Positions 35,958 through 47,400 of a stretch of DNA of 60,676 nucleotides are shown here, in pieces. Under the pieces are notes generated by a model. It was not told the origin of the DNA. It was given only the letters and a program-made list of their open reading frames with translations, and did not search any database. The position numbers and the translations under genes were made by a program. The stretch is from a virus (taxonomy: Duplodnaviria > Caudoviricetes). Numbering within the stretch: position 1 is the first letter of the stretch; every line of letters starts with the position of its first letter. The DNA is taken from positions 1-60,676 of the IMG/VR virus record IMGVR_UViG_3300021389_000023; one strand, 5' to 3'.

Positions 35958-36824
35958 ATGGGAGCAGCAGCAGGACTAGGAGCAGCAGTACCTTTTGTAG
36001 GCGTAGGATTACAAGTATTGGGTATGGGTTTAGATATAGCTCAATCTATAGACGCAAAGAAGAAGGAGAGAGACGCAGAGAGAGCAGCAGCAGAGTCTTT
36101 GGCTCAAGCGAAGAGTAAGATAGAGGTTAATAGAATGGAAGGCTTACAAGTGCCCTTAGACGCTTACGAACAGGCTGGAAGAGAGATAACTGCACAACAT
36201 ATGCAATCCTTAGAAGGGTTACGTGAGGCTGACGCTAGAACATTAGCCGCTGGTGTAGGTAAGTCATCAGCCGCTGGAGCTATGGCAACAGAAAAGAAAA
36301 GGCAACAGATGGCTGACGCTATATATGCAAGAGATAAGATGGTTGCTGATGAGCAGGCTACGATTGATAGAGCTTTAGCAACAATAAACTTACAAGAGGC
36401 GGAAGGTGCTCAGATGGCAGCAGCCCAAAGAGAACAGATGTCAGCACAGGCTTTATCTGGTGCAATAACAGGATTAGGTGGTGCAGCTCAAACATTTTAC
36501 GAGGGTCAAGCATTATATGGAAATGGCAGACAAGCAGAGTTAGCCGCTGCTTCAGCGTACCAACAACAGACAGGTATGTATGGAGATATGAATGCAAGAC
36601 AGGCAAGGAGAGCTATGATGAATAATGGTATTACCCAGCAAGGTTTTAATAACCTAGCCTCTGGACTGACAGCTGGTGGTCGGAGTGTTGCTCAGACACC
36701 TATAGAAACTGCAATGAATATACAACCTATAATGCCTACAGTACCTACACCTGCTTATAGGAATATTTCTCAGACACCTATAGCACCTATAACGCCTATA
36801 CAGCCTATAATACCTATAAATTAA
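35958..36824 (+). CDS. Internal virion (ejection) protein
   Basis: Gly/Ala hydrophobic N-terminus, A/Q helical body, PIx-repeat tail. Confidence 0.7.
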   Translation: MGAAAGLGAAVPFVGVGLQVLGMGLDIAQSIDAKKKERDAERAAAESLAQAKSKIEVNRMEGLQVPLDAYEQAGREITAQHMQSLEGLREADARTLAAGVGKSSAAGAMATEKKRQQMADAIYARDKMVADEQATIDRALATINLQEAEGAQMAAAQREQMSAQALSGAITGLGGAAQTFYEGQALYGNGRQAELAAASAYQQQTGMYGDMNARQARRAMMNNGITQQGFNNLASGLTAGGRSVAQTPIETAMNIQPIMPTVPTPAYRNISQTPIAPITPIQPIIPIN

Positions 36825-36837
36825 CGCACTACAATAA

Positions 36838-38433
36838 ATGGCTACATTCTACAAGTACAAAGAGAGAGACGACATAAGCAAGTCTATGATAGACTGGTCT
36901 GGGATAACTAAAAATATCTCTGACAACCTTATGAAAGAGAAGAGCAGAAGGGATGACCTTAAGCTTAAGATAGAAGAGGATCAGGTTCAAAGGCTGAATG
37001 CAATAGATGAGTATTCTAAGGGTCTAGACCCTACTATGAATCAGGCTATGATGAAGTACGCTCAAAACTATAAGGATTATCTTATGACTAGTCATAATTT
37101 ATTGAAGAATGGTCTAGTATCAGTTAATGATACCAAGATAAAAAAACAAGGTGCTTCGGATACATTTAAAGCCATCAATGACGTAACAAAAGTTTACAAT
37201 GAAAAAATTGGTGCGTTTATAGAAACTGGTGGATCTCTAAATGATTTTGTAGCTAAGAAAGTAGCAAGTGCTTTAGACATATCTAAGTCTGAGTTGATTA
37301 TTGATGACATGGGTCGTGGTAGTTTTCTCACTAGAGATGAGAGTGGTAATGAGATTGTTGTCCCTGCGACATCAATGAATACTATTCTAAATAAAAAGTA
37401 CGATAGGTTTAATACAACTGATGAGGTTGTTAACGTTGTTAAGGGTATATCTAATTGGACTTTAACAAGTAAAGGTGGATACAAGAGTGTGTCTGACTTT
37501 AGACAGAGGGGTGAGGATTTTTACAAGGAGACTCTAAAATCAAAAGTTAAGTCTATACTTAATAGTGATAAGAAAATATTAGAGGCTGCTGCCGACATGA
37601 TGAACATGGATGTAACCTATGACGAGAAGCTTGCTAAGGAAAATCCTGGACAATATATATTGGCTAAGAATGAGGGAGGCAAGATAGTATTCGATGTTGA
37701 AGGTATTAGAGAAACTGTAGAGGAGGGTCTTTACAATCAGATAGACGCAGCTATAGGAAGAACAGAGACAGAGAGATCAAGACCTGTAGGACCACGAACA
37801 CCTTCTGTGGAGAAAGCAGATAAAAACGTAGCATCTCTGATTGAAAACTTCGTCTCTAGGGGTGATTTTTCATCACTACAATCTGCTTTATCTGAAAAAG
37901 GATTTGTAGGATCTAAAGCTCCTGATAAGGATGGTGTTCTTAGATTAATAGATGCTAGTGGTAATGAGTATTTAATAAATACTAAAGGAAAGACTGCACA
38001 GCAGGTCGGTGAAGAAATAGCAGGTCCTCTAAAGGTGGTTAAATTCTTCAAGGATAGAGGTGTAAAAGGAAGTCTTAATGCATCAGTACTTGATCCAGCA
38101 AATAGTGGTAACTATGGTGTCTTTGTAAAAAGTCCTAAAGTTAGTTTTGATACTCAAACAAATAGAATCAGTATCACTAATAAATTAGAAGATTCTTTCG
38201 GGAATGCATTATCAGGTAATGAAAAGGGTGAAGAGATAGCAAATAGAATACAGAACTTAGTTGGTGGAGCTGCTAGTATATCATTTGTACCAGACACTAA
38301 TGATATTGAGGTTAATGGTGAAACAATAACAGACGGAGTAAAAAATTTAAGTCTTGTACTTAATGCTGTTGATAACTTAAATAAAACTCAAGGAGAAAAT
38401 CTTTTAAACGCATCAAATAGAAAACAAGAATAA
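36838..38433 (+). CDS. Internal virion (ejection) protein
   Basis: 531 aa, helical N-half; lies between the small ejection protein and the giant protein. Confidence 0.65.
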   Translation: MATFYKYKERDDISKSMIDWSGITKNISDNLMKEKSRRDDLKLKIEEDQVQRLNAIDEYSKGLDPTMNQAMMKYAQNYKDYLMTSHNLLKNGLVSVNDTKIKKQGASDTFKAINDVTKVYNEKIGAFIETGGSLNDFVAKKVASALDISKSELIIDDMGRGSFLTRDESGNEIVVPATSMNTILNKKYDRFNTTDEVVNVVKGISNWTLTSKGGYKSVSDFRQRGEDFYKETLKSKVKSILNSDKKILEAAADMMNMDVTYDEKLAKENPGQYILAKNEGGKIVFDVEGIRETVEEGLYNQIDAAIGRTETERSRPVGPRTPSVEKADKNVASLIENFVSRGDFSSLQSALSEKGFVGSKAPDKDGVLRLIDASGNEYLINTKGKTAQQVGEEIAGPLKVVKFFKDRGVKGSLNASVLDPANSGNYGVFVKSPKVSFDTQTNRISITNKLEDSFGNALSGNEKGEEIANRIQNLVGGAASISFVPDTNDIEVNGETITDGVKNLSLVLNAVDNLNKTQGENLLNASNRKQE

Positions 38434-38434
38434 G

Positions 38435-41400
38435 ATGGACGATAAATATATAAAAGACATATACGACAATCTTGGAGGAGAATCTGTATTTGGTAATTAC
38501 AATGATTATTATTCATTAATAACATCTGACGACAGTTATATAAAGGATGTTTACGATTCTAAAGGAGAGTCTGTATTTGGGTCATATGATGATTTCGTTT
38601 CTCTTGTAAAAAAAAAAGACGATTCTGTCGTTTCTACTTCTCAAGAGGGCGTTACGGAATCCACTACCAAGGAAGAAGAGCAAACTATCTTATCGGATGC
38701 TTCAGGCGTAACAGTTGATACACCTACTTTAGATTACTATAAACCGAACAAGGTGGATTTACAAGGTGTAAACGAATACCTAGTTAGTATGGGTTTAGAT
38801 GAAGTAATAACCCCAGAAAAAGCAGATACGTCTATAGGTGATAATAATCAATACGAAAATATTAGAAACTATTTTTCAAAAAGAAATGAACCTGTAGATC
38901 TTAATGATAGAGGTGTATTAGAATCTATAAACAAAGGACTTATTTCAGATGAAGATTTAATTTTGGCTGGATACAAAGATCCTGAAGTAATTTCTACAAT
39001 AAAAAGACAGCCTACTCAAGAAGAGATTTTTAACGCCAAACAAAAAATATATTCAAGAAAGACTAAAACTTCAGATGAATTAGATTTCGCCATATCTCAA
39101 TTCAAACTAGACAAGCCTTATATTTATGAAGAAAAGTCAAGTGAAGATCTTAGCTTTATAGAATATAATTATAATTCAGAGGATCTTTCTGAAGCAAATG
39201 TAAATATAAAAGACTTTGACGGATTCTTAAATGAAAAGGGTTTGAAGCAGGATTTTATAAATAAGGCTAAAACTTTTGAGTCTACATACGGGTCTATTTA
39301 TGACCTTGATTTAGCTAAGGAAATGGAATTATCTAGAATGCTAGATCTTTATATTTCTGAGCAATCAAAGAGAGATATTAAGCAACAAAAATTACAGTAC
39401 GAAAAAGAACAAGGTATAGATCCAGATTTAACAGATGACAAATATTCTTTTAAATTGTCAGATAAAAATGTAAGTATACCTAAAATAAATGAGTACTACA
39501 AAAAAAACTATCCTAAGCTAACAGAAAAGCTTTTAGAGACAGATTCAAAAAACAGGGATTTATATAAAAAATATTTAGAAGGTGATTTTGGTAATTTAGA
39601 TTTTTTAAAAGAGTTTGGAGATCAAGGTTACGAAGGTTTTGAAACAAGACTACAAAACTTATCCGCTAGTTTTACTGATTTAATAGGTTTTTCTAACACT
39701 GCTCAGGGTATTAGATTTCAAATTGAGCAAGAAAAACTAGTAGATGGTGACAACTTATCTTACTCTTATGTTGGTGGAAAAAAAGTTAATATTGATGGTA
39801 AGAACTATATCGTAGACAGCAATAATCAGGTTTATGATGCCGACCTAAAGATACGTGTAACAAATTATATTGATGAAGATTTAAGAAATAATATAATAGA
39901 TAAGTCTGTGCAATTCGGCACTGAAGATTTTAGTATTAGCTCTAAAGGTATGGCTTTTGAAACATCAAACATTGTGGGTGATATGGTTGTTCAAATAGGC
40001 TTACAAGGAAGTTTTACAAGCGGTGGTAAAATAGTTTCTGCTATTTCCAATACAGACAAGGTAAGACGTGTATTAGGTTATGTTCCATCAAGTTTTAAAC
40101 AACTAACAAAAGGTTTGACAATAGATAGGGGAATAGCATCATCTATATTAGCTCAATCAACCTTAGGAGCTTCTTCTGGATATGAAGACACATTATTGGC
40201 TGCAAAAGAGGCTGGATTAAGTGATAAGGAATCAGTAGAGTTAGCTAGAGATGCTTCAATTCAAATGGCAAAACTTTATGCTCTTACCGCTCCAATATCA
40301 CCACAAACAAAAGCCACAGAAGCTATATTTGGTAAGATTAAAAATGAAACAATAAAAGACGCTATAAAAGCTTATAAGAATATAGGTAAAGAAGGTTTTA
40401 TCGAGATTTTTGAAAAAGCAGGAAGAAAAGCTACAACTTACTTTGAGGAGGGATTAAAGGAGGCTGGTCAAGAAAATATTCAACAGTCAGGAGAAACTCT
40501 TGTTGTAAATAAAAGAACAAATGAATTAGCTGGTGTAAAGCTAAAGGAAGACGAAGTTACTGTTGACAGCTTTATAAATACATCTCTGTTATCATTAACT
40601 TCTGGTTTTTTAATGCCTTTTGGTGGGGATTTAATAGGTGGTGCTAGAAGTAAATCAAAAAAACTACTAGGTATCGACGGTGTTGATAGAATTAAGGCAT
40701 TGAGATTACTATCTGAAAACCAAGAAAAACTAGAAAAATTATTAAAGGTTCAACAAAATAAAGGTATATACTCTGAATCTCAAGTAGCTGAATTACTTGG
40801 AGATGTTAGAGTTTACAAGGACAACGTGTCTAAGATACCTTCAGATTTGAAATCAGATACAGCTTTAGATGTTATATCTGACTTGGAAAGCATACGAAAA
40901 TTAGAAAATAAGAAAAAAACACTTGACCCTTCTTTTCACGAAGATATAGATAAAGAGATATCGGAGATAAGAGAGTCGATTAAACAAAAAACAAAGGAAG
41001 ATGCCATTCAAGAGCAAGAAACAAGAGATATACCTGATGCTGAACGAGCCGAAGGTGTACAAGAAATGGAAGAAGAAGTACGGGAGCCTGCTGTCGAAGA
41101 AACGGAAGAAGTAACAGAACAGTTATCCCCTGAGGAGAAAGCAGAAACAGTAAGTGAATTAATAAATAGACCAGTTACACTTACAAAACTTGGAGGTTTT
41201 GATTTAGATACCCCACTAGAAGGTGATATGTATGTAGATGGTCAGCGTATCGTTGTTGAAGATGCTAATGGAAATATTACAGATATAGGTAACGTTGACA
41301 AGATATCAGACAAGACATTAGATGAAATGGGTATCGAGCAACAAATGCCTAGTGTCACTACTACAGATGATGGTAATATTGAATTTGAAGGTAAAATATA

Positions 41401-44400
41401 CAACCCAGAAAGTGCACGTATAAGAAGAGACAGTAGAGGTAACATAACTTCAGTCACTCTTGATCAGGTTGGTAAGCCAAGGTCAAAAACATTACGTGGA
41501 AAAAATGCAGAAGATGCTGCATATAATGTGTTATTAAGACAAGCACAACAATCAACAGAAATAGAACAATTACTAGAACAAGATGAAGAATTCCAAAACG
41601 AACTTAGACAAGCTGAAGAAGCTGCCCAAGGCAAAACAGATCAAGATACTGAGCAGGCTACTACAGAAGAAAGCATAGCGAGTCCAGAGGTTACAATAGA
41701 AGATGCTCCAGATGGGACATTCTTAAACATAGAGATGGTTGAAGGCAAGGATGGTCGTGAAATGACTCAGAAAGAGATATTAGACGCACTTCCAGTAGAA
41801 CCTTTAAATGTTGAGGTTAGCGGTAAAACTCTTGTCATACAAGTCCCTAGAAAACTTTCTGGATCGGAGATGATGAAACTTGCTAAGGATACAGAGCAAG
41901 ATGCTATACCTCAGGTGTCAGGTAAGAAGGGTGTGCTACACGCACAATCTAAAGAGAAGATGGACCTGTATGAGGGAAAGTTTATACCTAATTTATTTGT
42001 AAAACCAAAAAAAATAATAAAAGATGAAAAACCTAAAGCAGGAAACAGGCTCTTCAATAAGCCCCTCAAGGCAGTTAAGGCAATTGCGGACAAGTATTAC
42101 AAGAGAATTTTCAAAGGTGAAAGACCAAGGTTTGAAGGTGTCAAAAAGATAGACAAGGAATTCGCCAAAAGAATATCCGACGCATTTGAAGCCATGCAAG
42201 AGAATCCTAACGATCCTGAAGTAAAGGCTGCTTATGAAGCTCTAGCAAAGGAGACTATGGATCAGTATCAGGACTTCAAGGATGCAGGATACACTATAGA
42301 GGTTAATAACTCTGAGCCATACAAAAATGCTCAGGAGATGATTGATGATCTTAGGGATAATAAGAGGATGAAAATCTTCTCCACAGAGTCAGGATTTGGA
42401 GATACTCCTATAACAGAAAAACAAAGGAAAGAGAATCCACTTCTTAGAGACTCTGGTGTCAAGGATGTAAACGGAGAGACTCTTCTCGTTAATGACATAT
42501 TTAGAGCTGTACACGACTTCTACGGACACGCAGAGCTAGGTAATGGATTTGGCCCTGTTGGCGAAGAGAATGCGTGGAACGTTCATGCTAGAATGTTTTC
42601 TCCACTAGCACGTAGAGCTATGACTACTGAGACAAGAGGACAGAACTCTTATGTTAATTTCTCAGGGGTAAATGATGAAGCATTTAAGCTAAGGGATCAG
42701 GCCAGAAAACTAAGAAAGGAAGGAAAGGAGGCAGAGGCAGAGGCTTTAGTGGCTAAGGTCTATGAGATCATGAAGTTTGCCGATCAAAAGATTGGACTGC
42801 TTCCAGAAGAATTTTCATCTTTAGAGCAGGACGGTGTATCTAAACTTAGAGAGATGTTCAAGTCTACTAGCAAAAGGAAGCAGGTCGACAATGCATTGAA
42901 CGCACTGTCTAAGATAGCACCAGATGTTGAGGTGATACTGCATGAGAGTGAACAAGCGTATGCTGAAGCTACAGGAGAGACGGGTCGTAAACAAAAGACG
43001 GCAGGTACATATGATGAGACTATAGTTGACGGAAAGGTTAAGAAGGTTATACACATAAACCCTGACAAGGCTAACGCAAGGACTGTAGCTCACGAGGCAT
43101 TCCACGCTATATTCCTTAACATCGTAAAGAGTGATGCGGAGGCTCAGAGGCTTTCTGCTGCTATGATAAAGGCTGTATATAAGTCTGCACCTGCCGAACT
43201 AAAAAAACTTATAGATAACTTTGCTGAATCAAAGAATGCTGACGGAAGCAATAACTATGACTCAGCTGTACAGAATGAAGAGAAGCTTGCAGAGCTTATA
43301 GGATACCTTGCTACTGAATACGACTCATTACCAAAGCCAACTAAGAATGTTATAAAAAGATTCCTGGATAGACTTGCTAAGATGTTTGGTATGAAGCCAT
43401 TCACAGACAATGAGGTTATAGACGTACTAAACACTATAGCTGGTAAGGTGGCAAGAGGTGAGGCTGTAACACAGGAAGACTTATCTTCTATACAGTCTAA
43501 TGCTAAATATGTTTCTCAAGACGAAGCAAAACTTTGGGGTACAGTACCCGAAAGAAAACAAGTTAGAACAAAACCTGATCCAAAGAAAACCGTAAAGGCA
43601 TATAAAATGTTTAGGGTTAACAAATCTAAACCTGGTAAATTATTTCCATTATTTGTCAATGCAAATGATGAGGTATTAATGAATACTTGGCTTGATGCTG
43701 AAGTTGGAGAACTAACAAAAGATGGTAAAGTTAAATCTAAAATAGGAAATTTAGCTTACAGACCTGGATGGCATATGGGTGATTTACCTATAGCTACACA
43801 TATAGGTGATAAATATAATTTTAAAAAAGGAGAGGTAGATAAAAGTTTAAAAAAACCAACTGCAAGAAGTGCTAATCATGTATGGGCTGAAGTTGAAGTT
43901 GCCGCAGACGTTAATTGGCAAGAGGAAGCTAACAAGAGAGCAAAGAAAACAAAGGCTGGTAAAATAATACCAAGGACAGCACACATAACCGATCGATTAC
44001 CAGAAGACGGTTACTACAGATATAAAACAAATCCTAATATGACTGGCGAGTGGCTTATTGGTGGCTCAATAAAAGTTACTAAATTACTTACTGATGATGA
44101 GGTAAAAGCTATTAATGATGAGGCTGGTGTTGCAGACCTTCCAAGGGTTAAAGAATTAGATTTAAAATCAATAGGATTTGATAGAGATACTGATGTAGAT
44201 CTTAAGGTTACTCCTGCACCAACTGACTCAAAAGGAAATTTAAAAACGCCATCAAAAAAATCACAGAATAATCTTAAGAAGAGAAAACAAAATATAATAG
44301 ATGGAGTTAAGGATCAAGTTGTATCTGGAGAAATTGTTAGCACATCTCTACCAAATAAAGATGATGTTCATTCTAGTAAAGAATATGTAGTAGGTATATC

Positions 44401-47400
44401 TTCACTTGAAGAAATGGCTAGTACAGATAACAGGGCTAAGGATCAGTATATTAAAATTTCTAAAGAAGCAGCTTCATACGGAATATCTAAAACTAAAAAT
44501 GTAAATAATTTTGAAGATGCCAAGCAAGTTATATCTGAGTTTAAAGAAGTTGTAAAATCAAATTTAAAATGGCTTTATGACTCAGTAGATAAAGATGTTA
44601 GAGATATAAGTAAACTATGGTATGACGGAGCTAATAAAATATCTAATGATTTAGCAAATCAATATGGATATACAACAGAACAAGTTGCTGGAGTAATGGC
44701 TGTGCTAAGTCCTCAGATGGATTGGTTTAGAAATTTATCTTTAGGAGAAAGGGTTATTGATATATACAAAAACAATCAGGACTCACTGTTTGATGAGAAG
44801 ATGATAGAATTTGTTAATACAAAAACTACTGGTACTGGTAAAAATAAAAAACCTCTTTTTAAAAATAAAGAAGAAATAATATCAAGAGTAAAAAATAAAA
44901 AATTATCTGAACTAAGTTCTAAAGATCAATCATATTTTATAAGGGTTTATGATGAAGTTTATAATTCTAGAAACTACAACAACATAACTCCTAACGGAGA
45001 AATAAATGGACTTGTTAGAACTAAAAATGGTAACCCTGGTAAGGTTGGTTGGGGTGATTTTTCTACTATTGAGAAAGCTATATCTATACTAAATGATGGA
45101 TCAGTTAAAAATATTTCTACAAATCTAGGTAATCAACATAAGGTAAGAAATTTCTTTAATAACATATCAAATCCTAATGATAAAAATGCAGTTACGATTG
45201 ATACTCATGCTGTTGCAGCTGCATTATTAAAACCTTTATCAGGTAAATCAAAACAGGTTGCTTATAATTTTGGAGGATCATCATCTGTATCTACTGGTAT
45301 GACTGGAACATATCCTGTTTATGCGGATGCTTATAGAGAATTAGCTAATGAGCTGGGTATTCTTCCTAGAGAAGTTCAAAGTATAACATGGGAAGCAGGT
45401 AGAGGTTTATTTAAGGCTGCATTTAAATCTAACAAAAGCAATGAACAAAAAATAGATAATATTTGGAATAAATATAATTCTGGTGATATATCATTAAAAG
45501 AAGCTCAATCGAAAATAGAAAAACTAGCAGGAGGTATAAGTACACCTGTGTGGTATGAATATTTAGCTGATAATAATATTGAATCCTTAGACCAAAACTC
45601 AGCAGCTTTAGATCAATCTAATTTAGATGAAGAACCAATCACTAGATCTCGTAAGCAGGTTAACTTAGCTCCAAATGGAAAGCCTAGTAATCTAAATCAA
45701 GAGCAGTACGATATAGTACGTACACCTAAATTTAAGAATTGGTTTGGTGACTGGGAAAATGACCCTGAAAATTCTAGTAAGGTTGTCGATGAGAACGGTG
45801 AGCCGCTTGTTGTCTATCATGGTGGGCCAATAATAAAAGGCGACTCTTTTAGAAAAGGGTATGCAGACGGTAATTTAAGAGGAGATAAGGGAATATATTT
45901 TACAGAAAATAAAGAATTTGCTAAATACTTTGCTCATCAAAATGAACTTGTCGAAAGAGATAAAAGAAATTTTGAATACGATGATATTCCTGAGAGCGAG
46001 TTAGAGACAGGAGAGCCATTTAATGAAAAGTATTTTAAATATTCTGAAATCTATCCTGTGTTTCTTAACTTAAAGAAACCTACAATATCAGAAACGGGAA
46101 ATGCTAATTTGATACCTCGTCTGTACGAGGAAGGAGCAGATGGGTTTATAACAAAATCAACATCAGATTTTGGTTATGACGCAGGACAATACATAGCCTT
46201 CGAGCCTAACCAAATCAAACTCGCAGACGGAAGCAACAAGACCTTCGACCCAGACGCACCTTCTATTCGTAAGCAAGCACCAGGGAGACCAAGTATCGGA
46301 GAGATAGTTAGAAAGGGTAAACAGAACAATATTTCTGACGCTGATATAAGACAGTTCGCAAAGGAAGAAGGTTATACAGATGCAGAGATAACTGCCGCTA
46401 TGAATATTCCTTCTTCGGAAGAAATAGTTGAACGATCTGAGAAGGCTATAAAAGATAAGTTGAAGAAAAGAGATTTTAAAGGTACTATGAGGTATCTTAG
46501 AAAGAAAATTTTTGACAGACAGACATATATAAAAGACGTTCTTAAGGGTGTTGGAAATAAAAAATCAGTAAGAGCTCATAATAGGTTAGTAACAAAGGCT
46601 GGAGCTAAAGGTTTCGCTAACTATAGATTTAAGAAGGCAGAAAAAGAAATATTTAGCAATCTATCTGAAAAAGAAAAAAAACAGCTTGACGCTCTTATAT
46701 ATGCAAGAAGAATAGTCGCTATAAATGAAAATAGAAAGAAAAGAGGTGAGGATGAATATGTAGGAGCAGGTGGATATAATTATGATAAAGCTAAGTCAGA
46801 GGTTGAGGCATTTTCTAATGACAAGCTATCCAAAAGAGCTGATAAGTATTTTGAAGTATTTAATCAAAACCTAAAGAGGTTACGTGACTCAGGTAGAATA
46901 TCAGAAGATGTATATATAAGCCTAAGGGACATAGAATATTCACCTATAAAAACTATTAAGTATATTATAGGAGACAATCACAGCACTTCAGAAATGAATA
47001 ATCTAGCTAACTCAATTGGTGTCAGTCAAAAAGATATAATGGCACTTAGTGACGAGAATATTAATGATTTAATTACTGACTCACGTTGGCTTCTTATGAT
47101 GAATATAAGTGCTGTTGAAAATAGAGCTGCCACAAATGAAGTATTAAATTTGTTTTATGATGCAATAGAATCAGCAGATGCAGATGGTTTAGCAGCTATA
47201 AGTGACAACATTCTTGACAACCCAATTATTGGAAATAAAGAATCAGGAGCACCTAAATTTAAGTATGATGACGTTAAAGTTCCTGTAGGATATAGAACAG
47301 TATCATTCTTTAAGGATGGTGTTGAACACAAGATGGTGATGAGGGAAGAGTATGCTAGACAGTTGTTGGATATCAAAGTTGACGATAAGACATTGAAGGC

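Noticed and set aside
36690-36824. CCTATA 9-bp periodic repeats
   Set aside because: Explained by the Pro-Ile-x low-complexity protein tail
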